DNA of 64,000 nt, taken from Clostridiales bacterium GWF2_38_85. GTDB taxonomy: Bacteria > Bacillota > Clostridia > Oscillospirales > CAG-382. Positions 1-10,516 of the stretch are shown here, piece after piece (the stretch's first letter is position 1; every line of letters begins with the position of its first letter). The position numbers and the translations under genes were made by a program. The stretch is taken from NCBI GenBank assembly GCA_001797275.1, contig MGOY01000025.1, positions 30,964 through 94,963 on the forward strand, in the 5' to 3' direction. A model generated the notes under the pieces. The model saw only the letters and a program-made list of their open reading frames with translations, was not told the DNA's origin and ran no database searches.

Positions 1-180
1 AAGGTTCATACTTGTTGTTGTTTTACCTTCAGACGGAAGCGAGCTTGTGATTACTATTCTTTTGCAGCCTTCTTTAATTACTGATAAAAATATATTTGTT
101 CTAATTGTTTTATATGATTCCTGAACCGCAAAAAGATTTATACTTTGTAGCTCTGCAGTATCTTTTATGTTATCTGCCAT
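1..180 (-). CDS. CpsD/CapB-family tyrosine-protein kinase, 5' part (runs off window)
   Basis: Manual translation from ATG at 180: MADNIKDTAELQSINLFAVQESYKTIRTNIFLSVIKEGCKRIVITSSLPSEGKTTTSMNL. It has the ESYKxIRTN motif and Walker A (SEGKT), and lies downstream of a Wzz-type gene. Confidence 0.88.
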   Translation of the reverse strand, partial: MADNIKDTAELQSINLFAVQESYKTIRTNIFLSVIKEGCKRIVITSSLPSEGKTTTSMNL

Positions 181-916
181 TTGCTGTGCTTCCCTTTCCT
201 GATTTAACATCATTATAGAATAACGGTACTCCACCTAATACCGGGAGGTGATATTTTGCAGTAATATCATCAGCACCTTTAATTCTGACATCAAATATTT
301 CCTTAAGGAATACAAGTCCAAATGAGAATATTATTCCCAGAAGTGCACCTATTATAGTATTGTTTCTGACATTCGGTGAAATAGGACGGTTAACTCTTTC
401 CTGGATTGCTGTTTCAACGATTCCAACATTTGATTCTTTATCAAACTCTGAGATACGCTGAGGTGCATTTGTTGTTATTGCGTTTGCTAATATATATAAA
501 TCTGACGGTTCCTTGCCTGTAATGGTTATTTCAAAAACCTCGGTATTGTTTATGATCAAATAACTGATCATAGATTTCAACTGTGACGGTTTATACTTAT
601 CGGAAATAGAAGCATCAACATTATTTAATACTTGTTCACAAAAAGCTTGGGTATCGAGAAAGTATATATAGGTCTGCGTTACTTTCCGTAATTGATCTAT
701 TGTAACAGTAGTATTTACCGGTGTATCGACATATAATATGACCTGTGCTTGATATGTTGGCGTTATGAAAAAGTTTGTTATTATAAATGCCAGTGCAGAA
801 AACAGAACTGCAACGATCAATATAAATATTATATTTTTCTTTAAAATTTCATAAAGCTTTTCGACAGTAATTTCCATTTCATAACCTCGCTTTTTAAAAT
901 CAATTAAGTTTAGCAC
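170..916 (-). CDS. Capsular polysaccharide chain-length regulator (Wzz/CpsC/YveK family)
   Basis: Two terminal TM helices, TPTYQA motif, PISPN before TM2, C-terminal LPVLGGVP; adjacent to the CpsD-type kinase. Confidence 0.88.
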   Translation of the reverse strand: MLNLIDFKKRGYEMEITVEKLYEILKKNIIFILIVAVLFSALAFIITNFFITPTYQAQVILYVDTPVNTTVTIDQLRKVTQTYIYFLDTQAFCEQVLNNVDASISDKYKPSQLKSMISYLIINNTEVFEITITGKEPSDLYILANAITTNAPQRISEFDKESNVGIVETAIQERVNRPISPNVRNNTIIGALLGIIFSFGLVFLKEIFDVRIKGADDITAKYHLPVLGGVPLFYNDVKSGKGSTANGR

Positions 917-950
917 ATCTTACTGATTATGTCAATACAAAATAATCAAA

Positions 951-1058
951 CTATATTAAACAAACAAATGAATTACATCAGCCATTCGTTGAAAATTCTT
1001 TGATTTTTGAGTTTTTATCGAATGATCAAGTCAATATTCATTTGTTTGTTTAATATAG
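951..1058. repeat. Family B MITE-like long-hairpin repeat, copy 1
   Basis: 23-bp perfect inverted repeat CTATATTAAACAAACAAATGAAT (951-973) / ATTCATTTGTTTGTTTAATATAG (1036-1058). Homologous to 52941-53045 and 61518-61622. Confidence 0.85.
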
Positions 1059-2969
1059 CACCTCAGCTATAACTTTTTCTGAAGCTTCCGAATTTGTGAG
1101 CTTTGATTTACCATTATTATGATTAAAGGTATCAACGGCTTTTTCAAGAACTGCAACAACATTATCGCTATTGTTTGATTCAGCCATACCAATCAGCTCG
1201 TTGAATTGAAGTAAAAACCTATCAGTATTAATTATTTCCTGACATTCAACAAAAATTTTGCCGTTACAGGTTTTTTCAAGCTTTTTGTTTGATATCAACA
1301 ATTCTTCATACAACTTTTCACCCGGTCTGAGCCCAATAAATTTAATATCAATATCCTTATATGGCTCAAGTCCGTTCAAGTGTATCAGGTTATATGCAAG
1401 GTCGACTATCTTTACCGGTTCACCCATGTCAAGTACATATATTTCACCACCGTCTGCTATTGCTGCAGCTTCCAGAACGAGTGACACAGCTTCGGGTATT
1501 GTCATAAAATATCTTATTATATCGGGATGTGTTATTGTTACAGGCCCGTTATTTTCGATCTGCTTTGTAAACAGCGGTATAACCGAGCCGTTTGAACCGA
1601 GTACATTCCCAAACCTGACTGCTGCATATTTGGTATACTCTGAAACCTGAGTAAAGTATTGAAGAATTATCTCACAGAATCTTTTTGTCGCACCCATAAC
1701 ATTGGTCGGATTAACTGCTTTATCACTCGAAATCAAAACAAATTTTTCACATCTGTATTTATTCGCAAGATATGCGGTGTTATATGTCCCAATAATATTA
1801 TTTTTAACCGCTTCTTCCGGATCGGTTTCCATCAGTGGGACATGCTTATGAGCTGCTGCATGGAAAACAACATCGGGTTTATACTGGATAAATATCGAAT
1901 CAAGTTTCTTGACATCTCTGACCGAAGCAATACGAACAACTAAAGTCTCAATGTTACCATATTTCCTGATTAATTCCTGCTGAATATCATAAGCATTGTT
2001 TTCATATATATCAACAATAATCAGCTTTTTCGGATTGAATATCATAATTTGACGACACAGCTCGCTTCCGATAGAACCACCCCCACCTGTTACCAGACAA
2101 ACCTTATCACTGATAAAACTCTTGCAGCATTCGCATTCAATTTTTGTAACTTCTCTACCGAGTAGATCTTCGATTCTTATATTTCTGATCTGCTGAGTTA
2201 CTGGACGATCATCAAGTAGTTTTTGGACGTTCGGGATTATTTTTACCTTACAGCCAGAGTGTGAAGCCAACTGCATAATTTCTTGGATTCTGTCCTTTGT
2301 TGCCGAAGGCATTGCAATAATTATTGTCTTTGCATTCAACTTTTCGCATATTTCCTTTATATTTGCAATAGGACCATAAACATTGATTCCCCTGATTTTT
2401 CTCGATATTTTATTAATATCGTCATCAACGACACCGACAATCCTGTATTCGCTTTTTGGAGAAATCAGCTCCTGCAGTATGATATTACATGCCTGCCCGG
2501 CACCGATAATGACTGTGGGAGTAACCTCGTATGCTTTATCCATACTCAGATGAAGATTAATAGCATCAAAAATTATGCGATATGCCATTCTTATGCCGAC
2601 AGCATATACAATATAAAAGAAAAACATCATAAAATAGAAAGGCTGATACCTAAATAAATTAACAAAGGTGTTAATAATGTTAATAACTAAAAGTCCAATT
2701 GTTATTGATATCATCATTGGCAGATAATCGACTATCCGCGCATATCTCCATATACTACGGTATATTCCGAATATAAGCATGATCAACGGAATTATAACTA
2801 TTACCTCAAGTAGAACCCAGTTGAATTCGTTATGCGAAAAATTTTTCATTGAAGTTCTCAAAAAATATGCTACGATATATGCACATATTGCAGCAGCCGC
2901 TGCGTCTAATAAAAACAATATAGCTTTTCTTAGCCTGAAAAGCCCAAGTGTTTTTGTTATTTCCTTCAT
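1050..2969 (-). CDS. capD: CapD/PglF-type membrane-bound nucleotide-sugar 4,6-dehydratase (polysaccharide biosynthesis protein)
   Basis: N-terminal TM helices; motifs TGGGGSIGSEL, HAAAHKHVP, SSDKAVNPTNVMGATKR, RFGNVLGSNGSV and GLRPGEKLYEEL. Confidence 0.93.
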   Translation of the reverse strand: MKEITKTLGLFRLRKAILFLLDAAAAAICAYIVAYFLRTSMKNFSHNEFNWVLLEVIVIIPLIMLIFGIYRSIWRYARIVDYLPMMISITIGLLVINIINTFVNLFRYQPFYFMMFFFYIVYAVGIRMAYRIIFDAINLHLSMDKAYEVTPTVIIGAGQACNIILQELISPKSEYRIVGVVDDDINKISRKIRGINVYGPIANIKEICEKLNAKTIIIAMPSATKDRIQEIMQLASHSGCKVKIIPNVQKLLDDRPVTQQIRNIRIEDLLGREVTKIECECCKSFISDKVCLVTGGGGSIGSELCRQIMIFNPKKLIIVDIYENNAYDIQQELIRKYGNIETLVVRIASVRDVKKLDSIFIQYKPDVVFHAAAHKHVPLMETDPEEAVKNNIIGTYNTAYLANKYRCEKFVLISSDKAVNPTNVMGATKRFCEIILQYFTQVSEYTKYAAVRFGNVLGSNGSVIPLFTKQIENNGPVTITHPDIIRYFMTIPEAVSLVLEAAAIADGGEIYVLDMGEPVKIVDLAYNLIHLNGLEPYKDIDIKFIGLRPGEKLYEELLISNKKLEKTCNGKIFVECQEIINTDRFLLQFNELIGMAESNNSDNVVAVLEKAVDTFNHNNGKSKLTNSEASEKVIAEVLY

Positions 2970-3026
2970 GCCCGAACCCCCACTGTGTGTTTGTGAAATT
3001 TTTATATCCGTTAATGACCATTGTTA

Positions 3027-4067
3027 TTATTTAGATATGTAAACAACCTTTTTCTCTTCGGCAGATCTATATATTGCAAGAATAATATCGACACATTTTC
3101 TGCCTTCGGCACAGTCAATCATCGGTTTTCTGTCTTCTTTTATTGCGTTAACCATATCTTCAATCTGCAGCATATGTCCATCGGGTGAAATTGCTGTTGG
3201 AGTATGTGCGGCAGAAAATCTGATAGGAGTTATAACCAAATCCTCTTCGTTGGCACTGGTTTCTATATCCCATCTGACAATCAAATTTTCTTCAAGCGAT
3301 ATTGTGCCTTTGTCACCGTGTATGTTCAAAAGTCTCGGATATCCGGGATAAACCGAAGTTGTTGCTTCAATAACTCCTGTTGCGCCGCTTTCAAACTCAA
3401 GGACACATACAAGTGTATCTTCAACCTCGATATTGCGGGCAAGTGTTTTTGAATAAGCAAATACCGATTTTACATCACCTGCCATGTACATAAGCAGATC
3501 AACACCGTGAATACCCTGGTTCATCAAGGCGCCACCGCCATCTATTGCCTTGGTTCCGCGCCATTTAGAGCTGTCATAATACTGTTGTGTACGGCTGTAT
3601 TTCATGTAAACATCTGCGCAAACAATTCTGCCCAGTATGCCTTCATTTATTGCAGTCTTGACTTTTCTGATTGAACGATAAAAGCGGGATTGAAGAATAC
3701 AGGCTGCTTTAATATTTTTCTCCTCACATGCCTGTTCGACAGCATCTAATTGTTCCTTTGTAATCCCGAGAGGTTTTTCAATAACAAGGTGCTTGCCTGC
3801 TTTTGCTGCAGCAATTGCAGCTTCGGCATGAAGACCACTGGGTGTACAGATACATACAACATTAACCTCAGGGCATTTTAATACCTCATCGAAATCCTTA
3901 AATGCGTAAGTTTCATGTTCATCGGCAAATGCCTTTGCTCTCTCATATTTATTATCAGCAACACCGACAAGTGTTGCGCTGTCTGAAAGCTCGAATATTG
4001 CTGCTGAATGGTAATTTGCAACGACACCGCAGCCTAAAATCGCAAAACCTATCTTTTTATCCTTCAT
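3027..4067 (-). CDS. Gfo/Idh/MocA-family oxidoreductase
   Basis: GCGxxA Rossmann start, CTPSGLH, EKP and GGGALMNQGIH motifs. Start refined to ATG 4067 after the RBS GAAAGGA. Confidence 0.9.
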   Translation of the reverse strand: MKDKKIGFAILGCGVVANYHSAAIFELSDSATLVGVADNKYERAKAFADEHETYAFKDFDEVLKCPEVNVVCICTPSGLHAEAAIAAAKAGKHLVIEKPLGITKEQLDAVEQACEEKNIKAACILQSRFYRSIRKVKTAINEGILGRIVCADVYMKYSRTQQYYDSSKWRGTKAIDGGGALMNQGIHGVDLLMYMAGDVKSVFAYSKTLARNIEVEDTLVCVLEFESGATGVIEATTSVYPGYPRLLNIHGDKGTISLEENLIVRWDIETSANEEDLVITPIRFSAAHTPTAISPDGHMLQIEDMVNAIKEDRKPMIDCAEGRKCVDIILAIYRSAEEKKVVYISK

Positions 4068-4208
4068 ATTTATAACCATTCCTTTCGTCATTGCGCGGAG
4101 TTCTGAGCTGGTTTTGCGAAGCAAAATTTACGTCATACTGTCCACCGCATAACTTGTAATGCGGGCGTAAAAGGCACAAAACTCTTTGTCTGAAAGTTTA
4201 CTTTCAAA
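4068..4208 (-). repeat. Family A structured intercistronic element, copy A1 (includes the RBS of the Gfo gene)
   Basis: mRNA sense: hairpin TTTGAAAG-TAAA-CTTTCAGA; outer stem GAGTTTTGTGC/GCTCAGAACTC enclosing TTTACG..CGTAAA and TTTTGC-TTC-GCAAAA; then GAAAGGAATGGTTATAAATATG. Closely similar to 41173-41292. Confidence 0.85.
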
Positions 4209-4219
4209 TTTAACCTACC

Positions 4220-5449
4220 TTACTGTCCTCTTATTATATCTCCAACTTTTGCACTTTCAATTTTTGTGTAAAACATCATTTGAGGATGTGGAGTGTTTTC
4301 AATCGGGTTCATTTCGTTATCATAGAGTTCGTTTATCTTTATTTCTCTTGCTGTTTTTGAGGGTGAAAGCAGGCATACTGTGTCACCCAAACAAAGCTTA
4401 TTCCGCTGAAAGCAAAGTGCCATTCCGGTTTTGGGATTATATTCCTCAATTGTTGAGAGGAATGCTTTTTCCTTTATATATTCATTTACAGTGCAAATTT
4501 GTGCTTTATCGAGCGGTGAGGTGTAGAAATACCCGGTGTCGTATTCTCTATGGCTGACACTTGCAATTTCTTTAAAATATGCTGTGTTCACCGGAGCATC
4601 GGGGTTGTTCACGTAATCGGTCAATGCCATTCTGTAGGCATTTGTTACCGCTGCAGTATAATATGCGCTCTTTACCCTGCCCTCGATCTTAAGTGAATTT
4701 ACACCTGATTTAACAAGAACACCAATATGTTCAATCATACATAAATCCCTTGACGACAGTATATGCGTACCTTCGTCATTTTGTTCAATCGGAATCGGAA
4801 ATTCAGACCTTTTTTCTTCAACAAGTTGATATTTCCAACGGCAGGGTTGAGTACATTGACCGTTGTTTGCATTTCTTCCTGTAAAGTAATTGGACAGCAA
4901 GCATCTACCTGAGTATGATACACACATTGCACCGTGTACAAAAACCTCAAGCTCAAGACTTTCGGGCGTGTTCTTTCTTATATATGTTATTTCCTCAAGC
5001 GAAAGCTCTCTCGCCAGGACTATTCTTTTGATTCCGTATTTATGCCAGAACAGACAAGTTTCGGTGTTTATTGTACTTGCCTGGGTTGACAGGTGCAGAA
5101 CTGCATCGGGATTTATGTTTTTCAACAGCTCCATAACCCCAATATCCGCAACTATATATGCATCAACCGCAAGTTCTTTCAACTGTGTTATCAACTCACG
5201 CAGCTCGCCAAATTCTCTGTCCCGTGGCATTACATTCAGTGTAACATACAGCTTTGCTCCGCTGGTGTGGGCATATTCAATTCCCTCTCTCAGTTCTTCG
5301 GTAGTAAAGTTGTCTGCAGCAGCACGCATACCGAAGCGTTTTAACCCGACATACACCGCATTGCAACCATAGTTGACAGCATATCTGAGCTTTTCAAGAT
5401 TCCCGGCGGGAGATAATAATTCAGGTAATACTATTTTACTGTTGCCCAT
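4220..5449 (-). CDS. U32-family peptidase-like protein (TrhP/YrrO-type tRNA hydroxylation protein)
   Basis: PELLSPAG, HLSTQA, FVHGAMCVSYSGRC, GQCTQPCR and KIEGR motifs; usual position downstream of mltG. Start refined to ATG 5449. Confidence 0.9.
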   Translation of the reverse strand: MGNSKIVLPELLSPAGNLEKLRYAVNYGCNAVYVGLKRFGMRAAADNFTTEELREGIEYAHTSGAKLYVTLNVMPRDREFGELRELITQLKELAVDAYIVADIGVMELLKNINPDAVLHLSTQASTINTETCLFWHKYGIKRIVLARELSLEEITYIRKNTPESLELEVFVHGAMCVSYSGRCLLSNYFTGRNANNGQCTQPCRWKYQLVEEKRSEFPIPIEQNDEGTHILSSRDLCMIEHIGVLVKSGVNSLKIEGRVKSAYYTAAVTNAYRMALTDYVNNPDAPVNTAYFKEIASVSHREYDTGYFYTSPLDKAQICTVNEYIKEKAFLSTIEEYNPKTGMALCFQRNKLCLGDTVCLLSPSKTAREIKINELYDNEMNPIENTPHPQMMFYTKIESAKVGDIIRGQ

Positions 5450-5450
5450 C

Positions 5451-6956
5451 TTAATCTGTTGTGCTTTCTGTCTGGTGTATGGCATCGTACTCTGCGTTGT
5501 CCTTTTCGACCTGCTTTTTATTTACATCATGTCCGGCATCGGTCATAGCATAATAAGTCTTGCCATATTTGTTTGATACGAAGAAATATGCTGTAAAGGA
5601 TTTTCCGTTCGCATCAAGCGGATCATCCGGCCAGAGTGCTGCCGTTATCGCGTCAATACCCGGATTACAGATTGCTCCGGGCGGCAGACCTTTATAAACA
5701 TATGTGTTATAGGGATTATTAAGGTCCTTATCAGCCTGTGATAAATCTTCTTTGTGTTCGGGCAGTACATACTGTATTGTTGCATCTGATTGAAGAAACT
5801 TCTTATCCTCTGCCCAATTGTTAAGTCTGTTATGGAAGACCGAAGACACGCATTCAAGGTCGATCGCAAACTTCGATTCTGCTTCAACCATTGACGCAAG
5901 TGTAATGACTTCATCAAGTGTCATTCCAAGCTCATCGCATCTGTCATAAAAAGAAATGTCAAATTTGTCTTCGAAGGCATTGAGCATTTTATTTATAACA
6001 TCAACTTCATCATCATCCTGATAGAAGAAATAGGTGTCAGGGAACAAATAACCCTCGAGTCTGTATATACGGTCCTCAGAAAGATCAAGCGTATTTAATT
6101 TTACCATAAACTCATGCTTGAAGGGATGGTTGTTTATTACATTGATGTAATCTTCTCTCTGCCCAACGCCGTTTGAAGTCAGAAGGTCAATAATCTGGTC
6201 AACAGTGAAGCCTTCGGGGATTGTGATTTTAACAACCTCTCTCGCAACTTCAACAACAGTAAATTTTGTTACAATTTCATCGTAATTTGAATTGCAGGAT
6301 ATTGTATACTCACCCGGAATATATGAATCGACATCTGAACGATATTTTGCATACAGCTTGAAAACCCAATCAAACTCGATGACACCCTTTTCCTCGAGTA
6401 GTTCGGCGACCTGAGCGGTTGTCATGTTCTCGGTTATGGTTATATTTACTTCGGTTTCGGGTTTAACAAAAGCGAATACTTCGTTACCGATTTTAATTAC
6501 ATTATATGAAACATATGCAGCAACACCGATAACAAAAATAAGGTACATTATTGTTTTGAAAACACCGGAAAAAATCCCGAATAAGCCGAGATTTTCTTTA
6601 TCTTTTTTTCTTTTTTTCTTTTTTCTGGGAAGACTTTCAAGTTCGACTTCGTCCTCAACAGCTTCTTTTTCCTCTTCTTCGCTCTCGTCTTCATTTTGTA
6701 CAGGAGCAAAATGCATTGTCATATCGTTTTTACCCTGCCTGACAGCGGTAGCATCAATTATCTCTGTGAAGTGTGCTGTTGCAGAGTCGTTGATTTTTAT
6801 TGTTTGTTGGGTTGATTCAATGGAATCGGGCTCTGTTTTTTCTTTAACTGCTGTTTTCTGTTCTGGCAATTTGTATTTATCCAATATCTCAAGAATTTCG
6901 TCTATATTTTCACCAATTTCATTTTCTGAATTATTATTCTTTGGATTATCGCTCAT
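5451..6956 (-). CDS. mltG: Endolytic transglycosylase MltG with a long acidic N-terminal cytoplasmic region
   Basis: TIPEG, LEGYLFPDTY, LASMVEAE, LQSDAT and NPYNTY..GLPPGAICNPG motifs; single TM helix. Confidence 0.93.
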   Translation of the reverse strand: MSDNPKNNNSENEIGENIDEILEILDKYKLPEQKTAVKEKTEPDSIESTQQTIKINDSATAHFTEIIDATAVRQGKNDMTMHFAPVQNEDESEEEEKEAVEDEVELESLPRKKKKRKKDKENLGLFGIFSGVFKTIMYLIFVIGVAAYVSYNVIKIGNEVFAFVKPETEVNITITENMTTAQVAELLEEKGVIEFDWVFKLYAKYRSDVDSYIPGEYTISCNSNYDEIVTKFTVVEVAREVVKITIPEGFTVDQIIDLLTSNGVGQREDYINVINNHPFKHEFMVKLNTLDLSEDRIYRLEGYLFPDTYFFYQDDDEVDVINKMLNAFEDKFDISFYDRCDELGMTLDEVITLASMVEAESKFAIDLECVSSVFHNRLNNWAEDKKFLQSDATIQYVLPEHKEDLSQADKDLNNPYNTYVYKGLPPGAICNPGIDAITAALWPDDPLDANGKSFTAYFFVSNKYGKTYYAMTDAGHDVNKKQVEKDNAEYDAIHQTESTTD

Positions 6957-7043
6957 GAAATGGCTCCTTTCAATAATAAAATAAAATTAAAAACATTTAT
7001 TTTTATAGGGAGATTTATGTTTATAGTTATATTTAATAATAAA

Positions 7044-7952
7044 TCAGCTTAATCCGGTAATTACAATGAATATACCTAAAAGCACAAGAAATGCCGGCGA
7101 AAAAAACACCTTAATAATATTGCTTTTACTGCTTGGCGGCAAATCACCGGTCGGAGGTTTTTCTGCATAAACACAGTAAATACTCTCGGTACGTGCAAGA
7201 ACAATAAGCAGACTGACAGAAAACAGTACGACAAGCACAAATGCAACAAAGAAGGTTCCCGATTCCTGCATCATAAGCTTAAGAAATGATCCGTCTACAT
7301 ATAAATTCAATGCATTATTTATCAAGTGTAAAATTATCGGTGTGAAAATGGATCGTGTAACAACCGCTGAAAATCCGAATATTATTCCCGCAAAGAAATA
7401 GACGAAAAAGTTTTCGTATGAAAAATGCACCATCGCAAAACACAGTGCTGAAATTACAATCGCATTTACGCTGCCATAACCCCTGTATTCGCTTAGAATA
7501 ACACCTCTGAAAAAAAGCTCCTCACAAATCGCAGGAATCAGCGCGAAGGTTAAAAATATATACAGCCCATTATTTTCGCCTTCAGGTAAAGCGAATTGCG
7601 ATAACATCCCCGAATCACCGGCAAGACTGCCATCGGTTATATAATACATAAAAAACTTAATCAGCATATTTCCGGTGATAAACATCAATATAACAAAGAA
7701 AACGAAAATCAAATGCGACGGATGAATAACTTTTATAAACATGGGGGTCGTTAGTTTTCTGCCAATACTGTAATAATACAAAATACAGGGCAGAATAAAT
7801 ACTATTATTTGAATAACTATTATAACGAGAAAAATATTATTACCCTGCTGCACTGCTTGTGGAAGTATTATTTCGGTTATACCCAGAAGCAGCAATACCG
7901 CTGCAACAAGAAGCGGTGCTGTAACGGGAACACGGTTATCGTTTAGCTTCAT
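7044..7952 (-). CDS. CPBP/Abi (CAAX-protease-like) intramembrane metalloprotease
   Basis: EELFFRG, FAMVH and HLINN motifs; multiple TM helices. Confidence 0.88.
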   Translation of the reverse strand: MKLNDNRVPVTAPLLVAAVLLLLGITEIILPQAVQQGNNIFLVIIVIQIIVFILPCILYYYSIGRKLTTPMFIKVIHPSHLIFVFFVILMFITGNMLIKFFMYYITDGSLAGDSGMLSQFALPEGENNGLYIFLTFALIPAICEELFFRGVILSEYRGYGSVNAIVISALCFAMVHFSYENFFVYFFAGIIFGFSAVVTRSIFTPIILHLINNALNLYVDGSFLKLMMQESGTFFVAFVLVVLFSVSLLIVLARTESIYCVYAEKPPTGDLPPSSKSNIIKVFFSPAFLVLLGIFIVITGLS

Positions 7953-8020
7953 AATTATAACCATTCCTTTTATAGTGAGTGAGAGTTATGCTGTTCTTCC
8001 GGGCAGAATATTAACAACTT
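7953..8020 (-). repeat. Family A element, truncated copy A2
   Basis: mRNA sense ..GCATAACTCTCACTCACTATAAAAGGAATGGTTATAATTATG matches the 3' half of copy A6 (GGCACAATTCCCACTCACTAAATAAGAAATGGTCATAA) and the shared RBS cassette. Confidence 0.65.
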
Positions 8021-8021
8021 A

Positions 8022-8573
8022 TCAGTTTGATTTATAATACATTCCCTTTCTTAGCTTTTCTGCTTCATCATTGCCGAACAGCACTCTAATAAGCTCAAAT
8101 CCGAACTCAAAGGAGGCACCTACTGCTTTTGCAGTAATAAATATATCATCATGCTCAACCGAATTTCCGGTTATTATACTGCCATCAAGAAATTTTTCAT
8201 AAGATGGGAAGCAGACTGCTCTTCTGCCGGTTAACAATCCCATAGAGCCGAGTATTGATGGTGCTGCACAGATTGCTCCGATGTATTTACCGTTTGCAAC
8301 GCATTGATTGATTGATTGTCTGACAAAGTCGGACGATGCGAGTGCAGCCGTTCCCTTTCCTCCACCCGGCAGAACCAGGGCTTCGAGTTCGGAAAGATCC
8401 ATTTTGTCCTTCATAATGTCTGCATTTACAGATACTCCATGTGATCCGGTTACAACAAGCGATTCGCCTATTGCGGTCAGGTAAACCTTAATCCCGGCTC
8501 TGATCAGAATATCCGCCGGAACTAATGCTTCGGCTTCTTCAAAACCATCCGCCAATAATATGTAAACAGCCAC
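8022..8573 (-). CDS. DJ-1/PfpI (YajL/ThiJ) family glyoxalase/deglycase
   Basis: GFEEAEA, LPGG and AICAAP nucleophile elbow. Confidence 0.9.
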   Translation of the reverse strand: MAVYILLADGFEEAEALVPADILIRAGIKVYLTAIGESLVVTGSHGVSVNADIMKDKMDLSELEALVLPGGGKGTAALASSDFVRQSINQCVANGKYIGAICAAPSILGSMGLLTGRRAVCFPSYEKFLDGSIITGNSVEHDDIFITAKAVGASFEFGFELIRVLFGNDEAEKLRKGMYYKSN

Positions 8574-8692
8574 TTGAATACCTCCTAATTATATTTTTGC
8601 AATCGATTTGTTAAATTTAAAACATAAACCAACACATTATATTATCACAATAACTCTAATATTTCAAGCAATATTTGTATTATGTTATTTAT

Positions 8693-9541
8693 TTACATCT
8701 CATTGTATAAAACATTAACATATAACCCGGTAATGTTCAAAAAAGATTTTAATTTTTTTTCAACAGCAATAATTTTATTTGCATTCGATATAAAATCGTC
8801 TTTAACATTGATTGGTAAAGTAATATCTGCTTTCCCGAAAGGCGAAAAGCTTTTCACCGCATCGGTTATCGAAGCTGATGTTTCCGTATCTGTTATAATA
8901 TCAGCAACAACAGCCTTTTTATCCTCAAGTCTATACAATGCTGTAAAGTTGCTGCCAACCACTGCTTTTCCGCCATACAGTAAAAATGACTTTATCGTCG
9001 ATTCGGCAAGGCTATGATTCTTCTTTATATAGCATCTTCCGTTTTTTGTGTACAACTCATCGGTTTTTGCGATGTATTCCGAAATATCGTCGTTGAACCC
9101 AAGCCGTATTATTTCTTTTGGCTCAGGTTGAAATATAATTTCAACTTTTTTTATTGGGATATCTTCATCCATTCCAACATCACGATATAACGAAAAAAGC
9201 GATTTCGTTGCAGGAATACAGAAAACAAAATCATATCCCTGCGATATACTCAATAAATATTCAAAGCAACGATGAAACAACCCTTGTTTGCGATGCTGCG
9301 GAGATGTTGCAACTCCTGCCATATAAAGAGCGTTGCCATCACCGTCTGATGTTACAGCGGTACATTTGAATGCTGTCAGCATTGAACACAGCGTATCACC
9401 TTTGTATGCGCCGATTACTATTTTTTCATCAGGCTCAAAGAACAGTTCAGCTTCTCTGCTGTCACTGTCAAAGCAAACAGCGAACAAGGCTATTGCTTTA
9501 TGTATATCGGTTTTGGGAACGGTCTTTATAATATAGTTCAT
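8693..9541 (-). CDS. GNAT-family N-acetyltransferase (Eis-like N-terminal domain)
   Basis: Acetyl-CoA motif VATSPQHRKQG and CIPA..LFSLY; 1 nt from the DUF2156 gene. Confidence 0.75.
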   Translation of the reverse strand: MNYIIKTVPKTDIHKAIALFAVCFDSDSREAELFFEPDEKIVIGAYKGDTLCSMLTAFKCTAVTSDGDGNALYMAGVATSPQHRKQGLFHRCFEYLLSISQGYDFVFCIPATKSLFSLYRDVGMDEDIPIKKVEIIFQPEPKEIIRLGFNDDISEYIAKTDELYTKNGRCYIKKNHSLAESTIKSFLLYGGKAVVGSNFTALYRLEDKKAVVADIITDTETSASITDAVKSFSPFGKADITLPINVKDDFISNANKIIAVEKKLKSFLNITGLYVNVLYNEM

Positions 9542-9542
9542 A

Positions 9543-10493
9543 TTAAAAAATCTTATTTCTGTTCAGTATAGTTGAATATTTATGCAATTGGAGCAGCGGA
9601 CTGAAAGACCGTTTTGACTGACGCAGACCATCATCACCGACATCATCCTCACGGTTTATATATTTGAATTGAGGATACTGTAATGCAAAAAAGTGAGCAA
9701 GTGCCGGATATACACCTTCATAATCATATGATGCTTTTTCGCAATGAACAACCAGAGTTGAATTTTCGGTGTTTTCAAACAGCGGCTCACCAATAGTAAA
9801 TCCAATCGGCTTCCCACCGACATACAGACAGCAGCCATACAACTGAAGCTGCCCGTAATGTACCAGCAGCTGCTCGGCGGCAACAATCTCCCTGCGTTTG
9901 TACTTTTCAAGCTCGCCATTGTCGTTTTTCCACTCGTCAAGAAGATAAAAACAGTCGTCTATAACCGCATTTGTAATCGGCTTGATCTCATAGTTATCGC
10001 CGTACAATGCAAGAAATTTGTTCAATTTGTTTTTCTTGTTGTGAAGCTTCTTACCCGAATAGGTGCGGAAGCTGTCGGCATCGTAGATATAATCGCTATA
10101 ATTTATATCAAAGGTACACTCAACGCCGTATTTATCACTCAGAAATTTTGATTTCGATTCGGTCAGATTAATAACCGTAATATAATCCTTGTCGCAATTA
10201 TCCATCAGTGTTCTGATGCAGTTGTCGAAAGCTTGCATATCGGGTTGTTTTATCATGAACAGACATCTGTCCTGCCATTTGTATCCGAAAACAACACCTT
10301 CACCACATTCAGCGAACTGAACCGGATGAGCAAACCGCCAGCTGAAAATTGTTGCAAACTGCTTTTCACAGCTGATATCCTCAAGCGAACCGGAGCTGTT
10401 CTGACCAATCAGACCGGTTATAAGATCCTTATCTTCAATTTTAATCTCTTTGAAGTTCAATTCCAAAAATATATCCATACCTTCCTTCGACAT
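9543..10493 (-). CDS. DUF2156-domain protein (aminoacyl-phosphatidylglycerol synthase C-terminal-like, soluble)
   Basis: DYIY....SGKKLHNKKN, HCEKA and YINREDDVGDDGLRQSK motifs. Confidence 0.85.
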   Translation of the reverse strand: MSKEGMDIFLELNFKEIKIEDKDLITGLIGQNSSGSLEDISCEKQFATIFSWRFAHPVQFAECGEGVVFGYKWQDRCLFMIKQPDMQAFDNCIRTLMDNCDKDYITVINLTESKSKFLSDKYGVECTFDINYSDYIYDADSFRTYSGKKLHNKKNKLNKFLALYGDNYEIKPITNAVIDDCFYLLDEWKNDNGELEKYKRREIVAAEQLLVHYGQLQLYGCCLYVGGKPIGFTIGEPLFENTENSTLVVHCEKASYDYEGVYPALAHFFALQYPQFKYINREDDVGDDGLRQSKRSFSPLLQLHKYSTILNRNKIF

Positions 10494-10516
10494 TAACGCC
10501 GTCAGATTCCCTTCAA

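Noticed and set aside
4068-4124. N-terminal extension MLRKTSSELRAMTKG of the Gfo ORF
   Set aside because: It is read-through into the family A element; the RBS supports ATG 4067.
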